Made by a program: the position numbers and the translations under genes | From: Octopus bimaculoides | Lineage: Eukaryota | Assembly (NCBI RefSeq): GCF_001194135.2 | Contig: NC_068984.1 | Location: 89,962,564 to 89,998,066, forward strand | DNA: 35,503 bases | Reading direction: 5' to 3' | Part shown: positions 34,681 to 35,503 of the stretch, piece by piece | Numbering within the stretch: the stretch's first letter is position 1 | Layout: every line of letters starts with the position of its first letter | The notes under the pieces: generated by a model | Database searches by the model: none | Told to the model about the DNA's origin: nothing | What the model saw: only the letters and a program-made list of their open reading frames with translations

Positions 34681-35073
34681 ATGTAATAGTAAAAGAACAA
34701 AAGTAAAAGAACAAACAGCAAAAAAGTAAGAATGTCGGCAACTTTTACTTTTTGACATTAACTAAAGCGGATAATTACTAAGACTGAATACAATCGATCT
34801 ACTTGACCTACGATCGGAGAAATGAACAATATATTTTAGGGTGACATTGTATTGTCAAGGTAGTATTCATTTTTAGCTGTCTTTTGTTTTGGTGAATAGA
34901 TTCTTATAATGGATTTATATAAGTAAAGAGAAGGAAGAGAGGGTTGGGGTTTAGATGAAGGCAAAAGGTGCATTTGTCATACATAAGTAAACATATAAGC
35001 AAACAGACGTACCCATACTCATGCACACATGCATATATAATCTGATATCCGATGATTGGATCTCATTCTTGAT

Positions 35074-35494
35074 GTAGGGATCCTGCGCCGCTTTGGCGCA
35101 GTTATTCTGGAAGCCCTAATTACCTCATCGCAGGTATGTTGGATGGAACATATTTGCCGGATGGAGGGCCGCAGCTTCCCAAAGGCAGTTTGCTACACTG
35201 AACTGCACCAGAGCAGGAGGAGCCGTGGTGACCAAAGATGACATACAGGTATGTGCTAAAGACACATATGAAGAATTCATGCATCTACTCCAGATACCTG
35301 GGAAGAGAAGGCATTGCGAAGCGAGGAATGGCAGAGATCCCTGGCGCTCGTAATTCCAGCCACTGAGGAGAAACAATAGAGAGAATATGTGCAAGCTTGC
35401 GAGAGATGATCATTCGACAAGAAGTCAACGGCAACCTATGACCGAGAGCTGAAGAATGTATGTATGTATGTATGTATGTATGTATGTATGTATG
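35074..35494 (+). mobile_element. RTE-clade LINE 3' fragment ending in (ATGT)n
   Basis: SQVCWMEHICRMEGRSFPKAVCYTELHQSRRSRGDQR, then frameshifted ...TWEEKALRSEEW; matches the RTE pattern (W.GH..RM...R.PK..LY.EL...R..G). Confidence 0.82.
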
Positions 35495-35503
35495 TTATCA
35501 ATC

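Overview
AT-rich, microsatellite-dense animal genomic DNA with nine assembly gaps. It is probably cephalopod (Octopus-like), inferred only from recognising the two tRNA-derived SINE families from memory. I cannot support any intact host gene; there is only one weak 57-bp exon candidate. The window is a graveyard of decayed mobile elements: two Tx1-type (L1-clade) LINEs, two mariner fossils, a Buster-type hAT fragment, a Penelope fragment, four RTE 3' fragments, two R4/Dong-like fragments, a Helitron-like element, SINEs and fold-back elements. Most listed ORFs are microsatellite or N-gap artefacts. The most notable observations are: (i) a ~490-bp fold-back at 32652-33139 whose two arms each carry a minimal Penelope-type hammerhead ribozyme motif with a ~78-nt loop II; (ii) LINEs sitting inside specific tetranucleotide microsatellites (Tx1 in (TATC)n, R4-like in (CATA)n); (iii) an RTE tail with three C2H2 zinc fingers; (iv) a near-perfect inverted duplication around the gap at 17366-17961. 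None of these demonstrates a new biological system, and all calls were made by eye without database searches.
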